Origin: Octopus vulgaris
Lineage: Eukaryota
Assembly: GCA_951406725.2 (NCBI GenBank)
Contig: OX597833.1
Span: 64,604,001-64,668,000 of the forward strand
DNA length: 64,000 nucleotides
Direction of reading: 5' to 3'
Shown: in pieces, positions 36,053 through 48,985 of the stretch
How positions within the stretch are numbered: the stretch's first letter is position 1
Layout: each line of letters opens with the position of its first letter
The notes under the pieces: generated by a model
Told to the model about the DNA's origin: nothing
Database searches by the model: none
The model's input: only the letters and a program-made list of their open reading frames with translations
Position numbers and translations under genes: made by a program

Positions 36053-36379
36053 GTGGAGAGCTTGAGACTTGAAGATCGTGAACGTAGTGGACACACATCT
36101 CTCATAGATGATGGTCAATTAAAGACCGTCATTGAGAAAGAGCCACGTAAAACCACTCGATAACTGGTAAATGAACTTCAGGTTAGCCTCAAAACTGCCT
36201 GCAACTACTTGCATGCGATGGGAAAAATCATAAAAATGTTCGACAAATGGGTATCACACGATTTTAATGAAAATCAGAAAATGCGCAGACATGAAATATG
36301 CTCGGCGCTTCTTCTCCGTAACCAGACCGAACTCTTTCTCGACCGTATTGTAACTTGCGACGAAAAGTGGATTGTGTAC
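36053..36379 (+). mobile_element. Mariner transposase pseudogene fragment
   Basis: LEDRERSG...DDGQLKTVIEKEPRKTTR*LVNEL...KWVSHDFNENQKMRRHEICSALLLRNQTELFLDRIVTCDEKWIVY (WVPHEL-like motif and first catalytic D). Confidence 0.9.
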
Positions 36380-36724
36380 AAGGCTAGTACTTATTCTGTC
36401 GGTCACCTTTGTCGAACCGCTAAGTTACGGGGACGCAAACGCACCAGCATTGGTTGTCAAGCGATGTTGGGGAGGACAAACACAGACACCCAAACATATA
36501 CATAAACATACATACATGCATGCATACATACATACATACATACATGCATGCATACATACATATACGACGGACTTTTTCAGTTTCCGTCTGCCAAATCCAC
36601 TCACAAGGCTTTGGTCGGCCCAAGGCTATAGTAGAAGACACTTGTTCAAGGTGCCACGCAGTGGGAATGAATTCGGAACCATGTGGTTGGTAAACAAGCT
36701 ACTTACCACACAGACTCTCCTGTG

Positions 36725-36726
<2 letters not shown>
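36380..36726 (-). mobile_element. SINE family B, 3'-truncated, abutting the mariner fragment
   Basis: Head, CORE-like segment, internal (TATG)n and part of the tail. Confidence 0.9.
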
Positions 36727-36769
<43 letters not shown>

Positions 36770-37799
36770 TTTGATAAACAGTTAGATAGATGCGGAAATA
36801 GATAGATGTGAATACGTATATAGACAGATAGATAAATAGAGATATAGGCATATATATAAATATATTTTCAGGGCAAAATAACAAAGGATATTGTGCAGTA
36901 TAGTCACGGTCCATTGAATGCCGAAGACACACACACATACACACAAACGAGAAGTAGTGTATACCACAACAGAAAGAATACCTAAATCATGGAGTCACTG
37001 TGTATAGAAACTTTGCGCTCCTAAAACAATCTTATTTTACAAAGAGAAACCATTTGCACAATAATGTTGGGTGAAGTGTAAATTTTCTGGGAGTAGGACC
37101 GCTTAAAATCTAATTGTTCCTTAAGATTTATAGTCTTCAACATCAGTTAACAATTTTACCACAAACGTTGCCGATGATTACATTACACCTGACTTTTATC
37201 GTTTGCCAATTTCGGAATGTGTGAAATCAAAGATTGAATTTACAATTTTGTAACCTTGTGGACATCACGACAGTTTCGCTGGTTATTTATGGTCTACAGT
37301 TGTTCAACTTTAACACGCGTTTAACTACAAAGGTGACTACAGCAGGAAATTCTATCACATTAAGTCAAACCTTACCACTAAATTGCGAAAATGTGGGAAG
37401 GAAGGGGCCTTCCTTGATCAGCATAGAATTACTACAAATAGTATTTTGGAAAGTGAGTTTACTAACAGATTGTAAAATATTAGTGATTTACACGGTCCGT
37501 AAGAATTATGTCTGCCAGAAGACAAAAGAGGGGCACTGCACGTGTTGGTGGATTAATCTGCTGAAAGTTAAAAAAAATCCTCTTACAAATCGCGCAGTTT
37601 ACGGCCTAATATATATATATATAATGTAGAGCAATCTTCAGCTGCATACAAATATAGGATTTAGTTAAATTAAAAATATTCCTATTTATAGCTATTCCAT
37701 TAACCAAAGTCAGAAAGAGGGTAAGTAGATAGACAGGAAACAAGTTTCATCAACAAAACCATAGTGGTATGTTTTTGTTGATCAAACTTGTTTTAACAC

Positions 37800-38009
37800 A
37801 CACGTCTTTCAAAATGTGACCTCGTGTGTACCGTTGTCGATTTTTTCCTCTGTCTTCCCTTCTCTGGATCTTTCCTTCTCCTATGTTTCCGACGAAGAGC
37901 TCCGCTCGAAACGTTAAATCCTCCTTCTTTCCTAAGCGTCCAATAATACTATACTTGTTCCACATCCTCACGTTGTTGTGTTTTTTTTGTGTTTTCTTGT
38001 TTGGATTAA

Positions 38010-38012
<3 letters not shown>
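37800..38012 (+). mobile_element. Penelope-like element 3' fragment ending in (TA)n
   Basis: Pyrimidine-rich leader, hammerhead motif, TTTCCTAAGCGTCCAA motif shared with the 2.5 kb insert. Confidence 0.55.
37885..37919 (+). ncRNA. Minimal type I hammerhead motif (palindromic stem III)
   Basis: GUUU-CCGACGA-A-GAGC(UCC)GCUC-GAAAC-GUU-AAAU. Confidence 0.6.
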
Positions 38013-38107
<95 letters not shown>

Positions 38108-38279
38108 CAGGGGCTGTTGAGTCAAACAGAGGCTATGTCCGCTACTTAGAATAAAGAACTCAAAGATATTTCTCATAGTGAATAAAATATTTAACCCATT
38201 ATTTTTTTTTCAACATGTTTGTCGGATTAATGATTATTGATTAGATATATTATACACCACACACACACACATATATATA

Positions 38280-39476
38280 CAGGGTGCGATGTGTATATTG
38301 TCGCCATTTTACAAATTCAATTTCGCGCATGTGCAAGCATTTTTTCTGTTGGGCACTCTCTGTGACGCAATTTACTCTGCCAAAAGTTTGGAAGCTACAT
38401 GCTGTACTGCTTAGCACTCGAGCCGGAAGCGCCAGCATGAGTGTTTGGTCGAATCTGTGGACAGTGGAGAGGATTCGGAACGAATTGGATGTGGATGAGT
38501 CTAATAATGGTGATTACGAAAGTATGGGAGCTCGGAAAACACACTATGATTGTTCTGATAAGAAAGGTACTCCTGAATTTGTTGGTGAGATCGAAGCCGT
38601 AATTAACAACGATTCCTCCAAGTCAATCCGGTCAATAGGCAGCGAGAGTTTGAGTTTCCTGTAGTGCATGAAGACATTTGGTGTTCCGCAAACAAGGACC
38701 AATTTTTATCCCAAGCCATGAAGGAAAAGAGAAAAGACCATACTACGAAAATTTTGAAGAAACAGAATGATTCCTTCCAACCCAACATGCTTTGGGCTTT
38801 TCTCAGACGTGAAAAAATTCTGCCAGGATCAGATGCTGAAGGTACCGAACAACCGTTGGCTTGCCCTGTCCCCAAAACATGTACCAAGAGTGATTAAAAT
38901 CAAACATCCAGCCAACATCATGGTGTTTGGAGTGATCACATGTGATCTCCCCACATGGCCTCAGACTCAACACGGAGGAATATATCAAGTGCCTAGTGAA
39001 GGTAGTGCTGCTCTGAGTCAAGAGGGTGACTGCTGGAACACCCTTTGTCTGGCAACAGAACTCCGCACCATGCCACAAAAACAGGAGAACCCAGTCATGG
39101 CTGTCAGACAGTTTCTGCGACCATATCTCTAACAACCCAAACTCCTCAGACTGCAATCCCCTTCATTATTACCTGTGGAGGGCAGTTGGGTGAAAGACCA
39201 ACAAAACTCCTTGTAATACCAAATATGAACTGAAGGCAAGGATTATGGCAGCATTCACCAACTTAAACAAGGAGACTGTCCAGAAGAGTTGCTGGAGATT
39301 CTGAAGTCGTCTGGAGGCCATGGTTGAAGCCAATGGCGATTTTATTGAATAAATTTACTCTTTGATATTTCAAGATATTTTTTAATGTAATTTTGACAAA
39401 TATATCTTTTAAAATGAGATGTTAGTGTACTTTCCTTTTTGCATAATTTAGACGGCAATTTATTCACCGTACCCAG
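38280..39476 (+). mobile_element. Near-full-length decayed Tc1/mariner element, maT/DD37D-like
   Basis: Degenerate TIRs TA|CAGGGTGCGATG...ATTGTCG and CGGCAAT...CACCGTACCCAG|TA; remnants FSDVKKFCQDQ...NNRWLA...KHPANIMVFGVIT, PNSSDCNPLHYYLW, ELKARIMAAFTNLNKETVQKSCWRF*SRLEAMVEANGDFIE. Confidence 0.85.
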
Positions 39477-40122
39477 TATATATGTGTATGTGAGTGTATA
39501 CATGTATCTACATACACATATATACATACACAAACACGCAGATATATGTGTGTGTGTATGTATGTATACATGCTCCTGTTCGTACGCACGTTTTTAAGTG
39601 TCAAGATTGCCTGGAAGTCTCTTCTAATGTACTTACTACATAATTTAATACGTTATTGATTTATATTCTTACTTTTAAAAATATAAAATCTTAATGTATC
39701 AACATTTTCAGGTACCGCTTCACGAAGATTCTTTTTCATTTGCAGAGCTACTTAAGTCATACTTCAGCCTCGCTTTATTAAGAGTAAATTGTTAACAGGA
39801 GATGTTTTAGTTTTCGAGTTGTATATTAAAATTAACGGAAGTAGATCGAGCCCAGCTATTTCTAAGTCAAATATTGATGGGGGTTCGTAAAGTAACAATC
39901 TATGAAACATGGAATATCTACATAACCTACCATGTAATTAATGAATATATATTCAGGTAACCGGTTTCAATGTCGCTGCTGTTTTGTTTCTGTAAAATTG
40001 TGACCAATGAAATGGAGTCTTTTAACACTGGGACCTTCAAAAAGAGAGACGAATTGGTCTTAAGGTTTTTATCGAAGAATTTTCAGACCATTAAAATGCC
40101 TTGATATTTTCTAAAATTGTTA

Positions 40123-40463
40123 AGGCAGTCACCTGACAGAATCAAAAGCGTGCCGGGCAAAATGCTCAGTGGTATTTCGTCTGCCGTTACGTTCTGAGAT
40201 CATATTCCGCCGAGGTCGACTTTGCCTTTCATCCTTTCGGGGTCGATTAAATAAGTACCAGTTACGCACTGGGTCCGGCAGAAGGTAATGGCGAACTTCT
40301 GCTGACTATTTCGCCACAACTTTCTCTCACTCTTTCCTCCTGCATCTTGCAGCTCACCTGAGACAGACCGGCGTCTCGTCCAGGTGAGGAACCTATACGC
40401 TAAGGAAATCGGGAAACCGGACCTTATGAGCCAGACATGGCTCGAGAAGGAACAAACAACAAA
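40123..40463 (+). mobile_element. Chimeric SINE: family A head, family C body, tail 2
   Basis: A sequence to GCACTGGGTC (about 40275), then CCGGCAG...CCACAACTTTCTCTCACTCT, then CGTCTCGTCCAG...GGGAAACCGG...ATGAGCC. Confidence 0.8.
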
Positions 40464-41116
40464 CATAACTTCTTAGAAAACAAAGCAGTTTTTTTCCAAA
40501 TTCATGCAACCCTAAGATGTTAGATATAATTTCTTAACGGCATCTTTGTACAGGGAATTCTGCAATTCCCGGTGTGTAATTCAAGCCGCAAATTATGCAA
40601 TGATTATTGGAAAACGAAAGTTCAATACATCTCCCTGGAGACCTAGAATTATTTTCATACATGTACATAATATAGCTAAACACTTTCCAGATGAAAGAGA
40701 AATCACCTGTATTTGTTCAGCTCCATTGTTGATTAATCTTTATATTTCTGTATCTGATGCTCTTTAGAGCGCTGATCTCGAAACCAGTTGTAAGTTTTGT
40801 TGTTATTGTTTTTTCCCGACAGATAGGGAATATTTTAAACAAATTCTTGAACAGCATGGCAACATGCTAAATGGAAAGAACGGCAAATTCAGTTTATGAT
40901 AATCAAATTTCGATTATCTAATTTCGTAAACGTGTAAAGAGAATTATTAAAGTTACAACAGTTTCACACTTCGCCTGTTGCAATTGGAAAACTGTTTCTA
41001 ATAATTATTCCCGCATTACGTAAAAATTTCTTCACCACTAGATGCAAAATTTCAGCAGTAGCGTTACATTTTTACACCGGCATTAATCTTAAAACTCGTG
41101 AACAAATTTTAAATGC

Positions 41117-41411
41117 CATTCCGTTCGGTTACGATGACGAATAGTCTGCTCGTAAAATTAACGTGCAAATGGCTGGACATTCTACAGACACGCATACTCT
41201 TAATGTAGTCCTTTTGGAGATTCAGCGTGACATAAAATGCGACGAGGCTGGCTCTTTGAATGACAGGTACAACTCACTTTTGCCAGCAGAGTGGACAGGA
41301 GGAACATGAAATGAAATGTGAAATGTTTTCGGTCGAGTGCACAACGCGCCGCTGAGAATCGAAACCACTACCTTAAGTTAGAGAGCCGGATACTCTAACC
41401 ACTTGGCCACC
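41117..41411 (-). mobile_element. Decayed SINE, D-type body with C-type tail
   Basis: CTGCTCGTAAAATTAACGTG, TTCAGCGTGACA, TTTGCCAGC, CACAACGCG, GAATCGAAACC. Confidence 0.75.
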
Positions 41412-41478
41412 ACTTTCACTCATAGAATATTAGTTCGTTATTCACTGTACTGTCTAACACATATTAAAATAAATAAAT

Positions 41479-41725
41479 GCGCCCTTTTAAAGCCTAGCCA
41501 GGCTCATGGGCCCGGTTTCCCGGTTTCTATGGCGTATGTGTTCCCCAGCTGGACGAGACACCAGTCCATCGCAGCGTTACTCATTTTTGCCAGCTGAGTG
41601 GACTGGAGCAACGTGAAATGAAGTGTTTTGCTCAAGAACACAACGTGTCGCACGGTACAGGAATCGAAACCACAATATTACGATCATGATGCTGACACCC
41701 TAACCACTAAGCCACGCGTCTCCAC
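41479..41725 (-). mobile_element. SINE family D head with tail 2
   Basis: Minus strand: GGAGACGCGTGGCTTAGTGG...TTGTGTTCTTGAGCAAAACAC...GCTGCGATGGACTGG...GAAACCGGGAAACCGGGCCCATGAGCC. Confidence 0.88.
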
Positions 41726-41735
41726 GTCTAACATA

Positions 41736-41859
41736 TAGTTGTGGCCAAAAGTTGGGAACATTATTTTTAAAGTTAAAATATATGTCCAATATAGATGCGG
41801 GCTTTTAATAGAAAAATGCAAATTTTCAGACCTGCGCTCCAAACTTTTGGCCACGATTG
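41736..41859. mobile_element. 124-bp Tc1-type MITE
   Basis: TIRs TA|TAGTTGTGGCCAAAAGTTGGGA and TCCAAACTTTTGGCCACGATTG|TA; TA target duplication. Confidence 0.75.
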
Positions 41860-42027
41860 TAACCACAAAGACGTTTCGAAAGCAGTATCTGTTATACGGT
41901 CGAACATTAAGTAGAAATGTTTAGTACTCAATTTGGATGGAGAAGTAGCATTTTTGCTAGGGTTCTTCATATTCTTTGTAGTGGCATATCAGCTACTAAT
42001 AGAGCTGAAAGCTATGCGTTATATATA

Positions 42028-42336
42028 TTACGTCATGTGACCGATCAGTCTATCAGATGTTGCTACACATCGCTGGTCACAATGCACTTCGCATTGTTTT
42101 ATCCTTCAAATGACGCCACCCCGCTGGCTAAGCGAGCAGGCCAACAGAAGAAAGAGTGAGAGAAAGTTGTGGCGAAAGAGAACAGCAGGGATCGCCACCA
42201 CCACCTGCCGAAGCCTCGTGGAGCTTTTAGGTGTTTTTCGCTCAATAAACACTCACAACGCCCGGTCTGGGAATCGAAACCGCGATCCTATGACCGTGAG
42301 TCCGCTGCCCTAACCCCTGGGCCATTTCGCATCCAC
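42028..42336 (-). mobile_element. SINE family C head and body with a third tail type
   Basis: C sequence to CTTTCTCTCACTCT, then TTGGCCTGCTCGCTTAGCCAGCGGGG...GCATTGTGACCAGCGATGTGTAGCAACATCTGAT. Confidence 0.85.
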
Positions 42337-43164
42337 GCATTATATATAAATGCACCTAAATAAGAAAGTAACTGCACATACCGCTAATTATAGTTCCATT
42401 TTTTATTCTTTTCCCGAGGAAAAATATGTTGGCTACATCGTCATTAATTTGTGTTCTGTTTAGTTAAGGAAAATTAAGGTAGCTTTGTGAAATTGCTATT
42501 TTGTGCTCGTATTTCATTGTTGATATTACAGAAACTGTAATTATCGTGTTTCCCATCAATATGGAATTTACTGATCCAAAAGCTAAGAGTATTTCGAAAG
42601 CATTTTTATTGTATTTTGAGCATTTTCTCATTATATTAATATGAATAGCTTAATAACAGCCACGATTTATTAATAAATTCTTACTTTGTTTAAACTTACG
42701 ACGTATGGTTGTACAAATGCTGATATCCTCCAGCTCGCTTTAATGTTAATGGAAATAATCATAAAGGCATTAGACGTGGAAGAAAATAGCGGCAATATTG
42801 GGAAGATCAGAGAGATATATGGAAAAGCGCTTGATCATTCACCATCTTTGATAATGTGTTAGTATACATTTATTAACCTGTGTCATCATCAGTTACCAAG
42901 CTTCACGTTAAACGTAAATTGACTTCAGACAGATGAAGCCAGGTGAGTCATGGGAGCACGCGCTATGGCAGTGTATAGCGGCGTCCATCATTTATCGGTA
43001 TTTGACAATCATCTGAGCAGTGTCTCGATCAGTCTCCATCCCGGCAAGATATTTCCTCTACCGCCATGACCATGTAGCAACTGACCAATCAACACGAGCC
43101 TTCACTTCATCCGGATGATGAGAAAAGGAAACGCTGTACGGAGAATCTAACTCGGAAAATTCGA

Positions 43165-43356
43165 GCACCTTGGATGAATTCTTCGCCATGAAACCACCTC
43201 AATTCTGGAAAGAGGGTATTTTCAAGTTAAAGGAAAGATGGAGACGCATTGTGCAACAAAATGGTTCATATTTGGTTGATTAAAAATGTAATGGCAAGTA
43301 TTTATTGACCTTTTTCTTTCCTTTAAAAATCGGCACGAACTTTCCGAACAACCCAA
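43165..43356 (+). mobile_element. Mariner 3' fragment with right TIR
   Basis: LDEFFAMKPPQFWKEGIFKLKERWRRIVQQNGSYLVD*; ends CGGCACGAACTTTCCGAACAACCCAA|TA. Confidence 0.85.
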
Positions 43357-43506
43357 TATAATGGAAACAAAAACAAATGCCAAATTAGTTAATTCCATAA
43401 GATTTAGAGGGCCTTTCTTGGTGTTCATTTAAATACAGAATAAATTATACTATTTAAGCACATTACGGCGTAAATTTAATCATATTCATTTATAACATTT
43501 AAAAAT

Positions 43507-43906
43507 TGTCTATGTGGTAAGTAGCTTGCTAACCAACCACATGGTTGCGGGTTCAGTCCCACTGCGTGGCATTTTGGGCAAGTGTCTTCTGCTATAGCCT
43601 CGGACCGACTAATGCCTTGTGAGTGGATTTGGTTGACGGAAACTGAAAGAAGCCTGTCGTATATATGTATATATATATGTATGTGTGTGTGTGTTTGTGT
43701 GTCTTTGTTTGTCCCCTTAGCATTACTTGACAACCGATGCTGGTGTGTTTACGTCCCCGTCACTGAGCGGTTCGGCAAAAGAGACCGATAGAATAAGTAC
43801 TGGGCTTACAAAGAATAAGGCCCGGGGTCGATTTGCTCGACTAAAGGCGGTGCTCCAGCATGGCCGCAGTCAAATGACTGAAACAAGTAAAAGAGTAAAA
43901 GAGTAA
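43507..43906 (+). mobile_element. SINE family B, near full length
   Basis: Head, CORE-like segment, internal microsatellite, (GTAAAAGA)n tail. Confidence 0.92.
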
Positions 43907-44025
43907 CGGGTATATATTAATAACAACAATTGCTATAATCAAAACGAAAAAACAGTGGATTGTACATAAAACAGCGCTAGATTATGTGCACTTATTCTTA
44001 CGTACTTGTGTCTATTTCATACAAT

Positions 44026-44368
44026 GTGGAGGCGCAATGGCCCAGTGGTTAAGGCAGCGGACTCGCGGTCGTAGGATCGCGGTTTCGATTCCCAGACCGG
44101 GCGTTGTGAGTGTTTATTGAGCGAAAACACCTAAAAGCTCCACGAGGCTCCGGCAGGGGATGGTGGTGATCCCTGCTGTACTCTTTCACCACAACTTTCT
44201 CTCACTCTTACTTCCTGTTTCTGTTGTACCTGTATTTCAAAGGGCCGGCCTTGTCACTCTCTGTGTCACGCTGAATATCCCCCGAGAACTACGTTAAGGG
44301 TACACGTGTCTGTGGAGTGCTCAGCCACTTACACGTTAATTTCACGAGCAGGCTGTTCCGTTGATTCG
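44026..44368 (+). mobile_element. SINE family C, cut by the gap
   Basis: Near-identical to 58463-58845 and 62164-62552. Confidence 0.92.
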
Positions 44369-44468
44369 NNNNNNNNNNNNNNNNNNNNNNNNNNNNNNNN
44401 NNNNNNNNNNNNNNNNNNNNNNNNNNNNNNNNNNNNNNNNNNNNNNNNNNNNNNNNNNNNNNNNNNNN
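44369..44468. other. Assembly gap (100 N)
   Basis: Run of exactly 100 n. Confidence 1.
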
Positions 44469-44762
44469 CTATTTGTAGCGCGAAAAGTACATGTATTTGA
44501 AATGCCTAGTAATATGTATGTGTATGTATATATAGTGTAACAAATTCAGGAAATGAATTCTTTCAAAAGGATGTATAAAACATCCAATTCACTGGTTCGT
44601 CGGTTGAATACCCCATAAATGAGTATAAAGCAAGTTAGAAACAATAAATTAAATAGAAAGATTCAATTGACTAGCCAATAATTTATTTATATTATAATAT
44701 AACATATTATACTATGAATATAATACGATATAAGATAACATTAAAATATCATTAAAAAACCA

Positions 44763-45000
44763 AAAGAGCCAACAATTTGTTTCGACATATATACATTATT
44801 TGATTTATAAACGATTCAGATCAACTTATATAAATCACATCAGAGCTTTGGTTTAAAGACAGAAGAAATTCCATGTGAAAATATCGGCTGGAGTTTATTT
44901 TACAATCCAGCCGTCCTTTCACACGGAATTTCGTCCGTCTTTAAACAAAAGATCTGATGAGACTTATATAAGTTGATCTGAATCGTTTATAATTCAAATA
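44763..45000. mobile_element. Fold-back (Penelope-like) element with hammerhead motif on the minus strand (44763-44849)
   Basis: Imperfect inverted arms about 44797-44891 / 44905-45000; minus strand AAAGCU-CUGAUGU-GAUUUAUA...UAUAUGUC-GAAAC-AAAUU-GUU-GGCUCU. Confidence 0.65.
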
Positions 45001-45008
45001 CATCTGCG

Positions 45009-45172
45009 AGTACGAGTGGTTGTGTGGTAAGTAGCTTTCTTACCAACCACTTTTTTCCAGGTTTAATACCACTTCATGATACTGTGGGCAAGAAGCGTCT
45101 TCTGCTGTAGCCTTGGCCCGGCCAAACCCTTGTGAGTGGATTTGGTGAACGGAAGCAGGAAAGAAGTCCATC

Positions 45173-45211
<39 letters not shown>

Positions 45212-45431
45212 TATATTTGTGCCTGTGTCTGTGTTTGTCCCCCCATCGCTTGACAACTGATGTTGGTGTGTTTATGTCCCCGTAACTTAGCGGTTCGACA
45301 AAAGGAGACCGATAGAATAAGTACTAGGCTTACAAAGAATAAGTCATGGAGTCAATTTGTTCTACTAAAGGTGGTGCTCCAGCATGGCTGCAGCCAATAT
45401 GGCTGAAACAAATAACAAATAAAAGGTTAAA

Positions 45432-45435
<4 letters not shown>
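45009..45435 (+). mobile_element. SINE family B, near full length
   Basis: Head, internal (TA)n, tail. Confidence 0.9.
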
Positions 45436-45487
<52 letters not shown>

Positions 45488-45495
<8 letters not shown>

Positions 45496-45670
45496 AAAAA
45501 GGGACAGGCAACAGGTTGCTTGACCGCATACCGAAAAAATAGAAATAGCAGTCAAGAATGCTTATTTCTATCAAAGTGGGACTTTGATAGAAATAAGCAT
45601 TCTTGACTGCTATTTCTATTTTTTCGGTATGCGGTCAAGCAACCTGTTGCCTGTCCCTTTTTCTTATATA
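45488..45670. repeat. Perfect palindrome, 90-bp arms, GGG loop
   Basis: 45488-45577 is the exact reverse complement of 45581-45670. Confidence 0.95.
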
Positions 45671-45839
45671 CAATATATATACTGAACTTTACAGAAGTTC
45701 CTGCCGGTAATCAGCTATATTTACATACCGAATTCTACCAGTAAATAATTGTGGTTTTTTTAAAAACCTTTATAGAAATTATTTACTCTTATTATTATAT
45801 ATATATATATATATATAGATAACAGAATAAACTCACACC

Positions 45840-45874
<35 letters not shown>

Positions 45875-45887
45875 ATATATCTATATA

Positions 45888-45937
<50 letters not shown>

Positions 45938-46754
45938 CATAGATGCACGCACACACACACACGCACAAACTCATATATATATATATATATATATAAGCAA
46001 GCATCTACCACATAACTAAATATATGAAATGGTCAGGGGCGCATTCATTTTCATTAAAGAACAATTTAAACAGCATCTGTGAAAGTGACTGACTTAACGG
46101 TTAATAATCCGTTCTCAAGATGACAAGATCGTGGTTCGAATAGCCGCACCTTGATCTTGCACGAAATATTTAATTCCGCTTGTTCTGCGATCGCCTTCAT
46201 TTGTGAAGCGTGCGGCACATGTGTGACGTACGTGTGCAGGCAACGTCGATTTCTTCTACGGCACAAATACTTCATTAATATAATCAAAACAATGGCGCAT
46301 ATTGATTAGCAAGAAATTTAAAAAAAAACCTCATTTGCCCTTTATGGGAAGAAATTTCACCTAACTTCACCACATACACAAGTTCACAAAATACCGGATA
46401 AGTTCACCGATTACATAATGTTCACTACATATATAGGCAGCAGCATCAAGTTAACCACATATATAAACAGCAACTACCAATCACTAAACAGCGACTACAA
46501 CCATTGAGATATCAACTAAACATCACCATTCTTTAAGAAGTCACCTACATCGAGAGATGTAGAAAATTAGTCGGGATATGTATCTTATATTCTGAGATGA
46601 TAAAATTACATTTACGATGTTGCATTAATATACAATATATTATATAAATATTTTTGAATAATTAATAATATAGAAATTATCTTTTAAATATTTCTGAAAA
46701 GTTATTATTAAATTAAGATATATGTCTAGTGTCATAAATCAAAGATATCCGATC

Positions 46755-46757
<3 letters not shown>

Positions 46758-46832
<75 letters not shown>

Positions 46833-46939
46833 GTGTATATATATTTATATATATATATGTATATATCTACATATATATACATATATATATATTTATATAT
46901 ATACATACATTCACGCATATATATGTATGCATACATATG

Positions 46940-46983
<44 letters not shown>

Positions 46984-47280
46984 TTATATATATGCGTATA
47001 CATGAATTTATGTGTACATATATGTGTGTATATATGTATGTAGGTATGCATGGATTTATGTATGTGTAAGTTTTAAAATTATGTTTGTCTTTCATTTCCA
47101 TACCATTGCATTCGTGTCCCTTCATTGAGATAATATCTTCTTACACACTTCAATAATTAATAAATTTGGTAAAATTTCAGAATCAATTTGTGTGTGTGCG
47201 TTTGTGTTTCTGTGTGTGTATATATCGACATCTGTATACGAATACACCAATGTATGTATATCTGTATGTACGTATGTATG

Positions 47281-47370
<90 letters not shown>

Positions 47371-47482
47371 TACTCAGACATATATATGTATCTATCTTTA
47401 TCTGTCCATATCTATCTCTTTTATATATAACATACACATATACAAATATATATGTATACACATATATATACACACACACACA

Positions 47483-47535
<53 letters not shown>

Positions 47536-47870
47536 GGAGGGAGAGATGTATACATGCATATACACATATATACACACACAGACACACTTGTATATGAAAT
47601 ATACGAAAATGCGTTTCCCGCGAAGTGATAAATATTATATCTTAATATATATTTAATCATATGTGATATTCACCAATATACCTATCTCTGTATAAACATA
47701 TGTATATGTACTGTATACATACATACATACATACATACATACATACATACATACATACATACATACATACATACATTCGAATAGACATACATATAAACAT
47801 ACATGATGCATATATGCATACATGCATACATTCATACGTGTATTTGTGTATGTGTATTTGTGTCTGTGCA
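46758..47870. repeat. (TA)n/(CA)n/(TACA)n compound microsatellite region
   Basis: Direct inspection. Confidence 0.9.
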
Positions 47871-48524
47871 TAGTTGGAAGATATTTATTAATAATATTTA
47901 GAACGCATTAAAGTAATTAACTAATATTATTCATCAAATGATCACAAATGGTATACTTATATGTGCTTCCTTGTCTCTCCTACTAAGTGTACGTGATTAA
48001 CGTCCTCACACGTAGATATTTATTATAACATAATAGTTAAAATTGATTGCTCTGTTATTATTGCACATTTTAAGTCAAACCTTTCCATAGACTATCTCGA
48101 TGTTTTATTAATATTAACATTGAAGAGAAAAGATTTCAGTACTACTTCCTGCGTTCGATTTGGACAATGGCGTAAACTAATTTCTTATTGATCGTCTTAG
48201 TAAAACGTCAAACCTCGGGACATCAGGGAGGGAAACGGCTCTCCGTTCTCGTTCCACTTACGCTCGACTGGTCATTCTCTGCATTCTATGTTTGAATTTT
48301 GATAGAGACCCCGCCCCCCCCAGCTCCACACTTCAGTCACTCACGTATTTAATTCTCTACCCATCTTTAGTTAACTCTCATTCCATATATATATATATAT
48401 ATCTCGCTTATAATCACCCCACATTACTGTATTGTTAAAACCGTATAGTTTTTTGGTGCATCTAAGTTAGGTACCATATTCAAGTAAATTCATTTAAATT
48501 AACTTGAATCTTTATTGCTTTTTG

Positions 48525-48579
<55 letters not shown>

Positions 48580-48580
48580 A

Positions 48581-48985
48581 TACTCATTTATTTGTTTCAG
48601 TCATTTGACTGCGGCCATGCTGGAGCACCGCCTTTTAATCGAGCAACTCGACCACGGGACGTATTCTTTTGTAAGCCCAGTACTTATTCTATCGGTCTCT
48701 TTTGCCGAACTGCTAAGTAACGGGGACGTAAACACACCAGCATCGGTTGTCAAGCAATGATAGGGGGACAAACACAGACACAAACATATACACACACACT
48801 TATATATATGTATACATATATACGACAGGCTTCTTTCAGTTTCCGTCTACCAAATCCACTCACAAGGATTTGGTCGGTCCGGGGCTATAGCAGAAGACAC
48901 TTGCCCAAGATGCCACGGAGTGGGACTGAACCGGGAACCATGTGGTTGGTTAGTAAGCTACTTACCACACAGCCACTCCTGCGCC
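48581..48985 (-). mobile_element. SINE family B, full length
   Basis: As 13082-13494. Confidence 0.92.

Noticed and set aside
37234-37629. 131-aa ORF in unique sequence
   Set aside because: TTG start, no recognisable motif, no supporting splice signals
42929-42948. CAG|GTGAGT donor with a possible 14-nt micro-exon
   Set aside because: No pyrimidine tract upstream; a lone consensus donor is expected by chance
44026-44100. tRNA-like A-box/B-box sequences at SINE heads
   Set aside because: No complete cloverleaf acceptor stem, and they continue into SINE bodies; not tRNA genes
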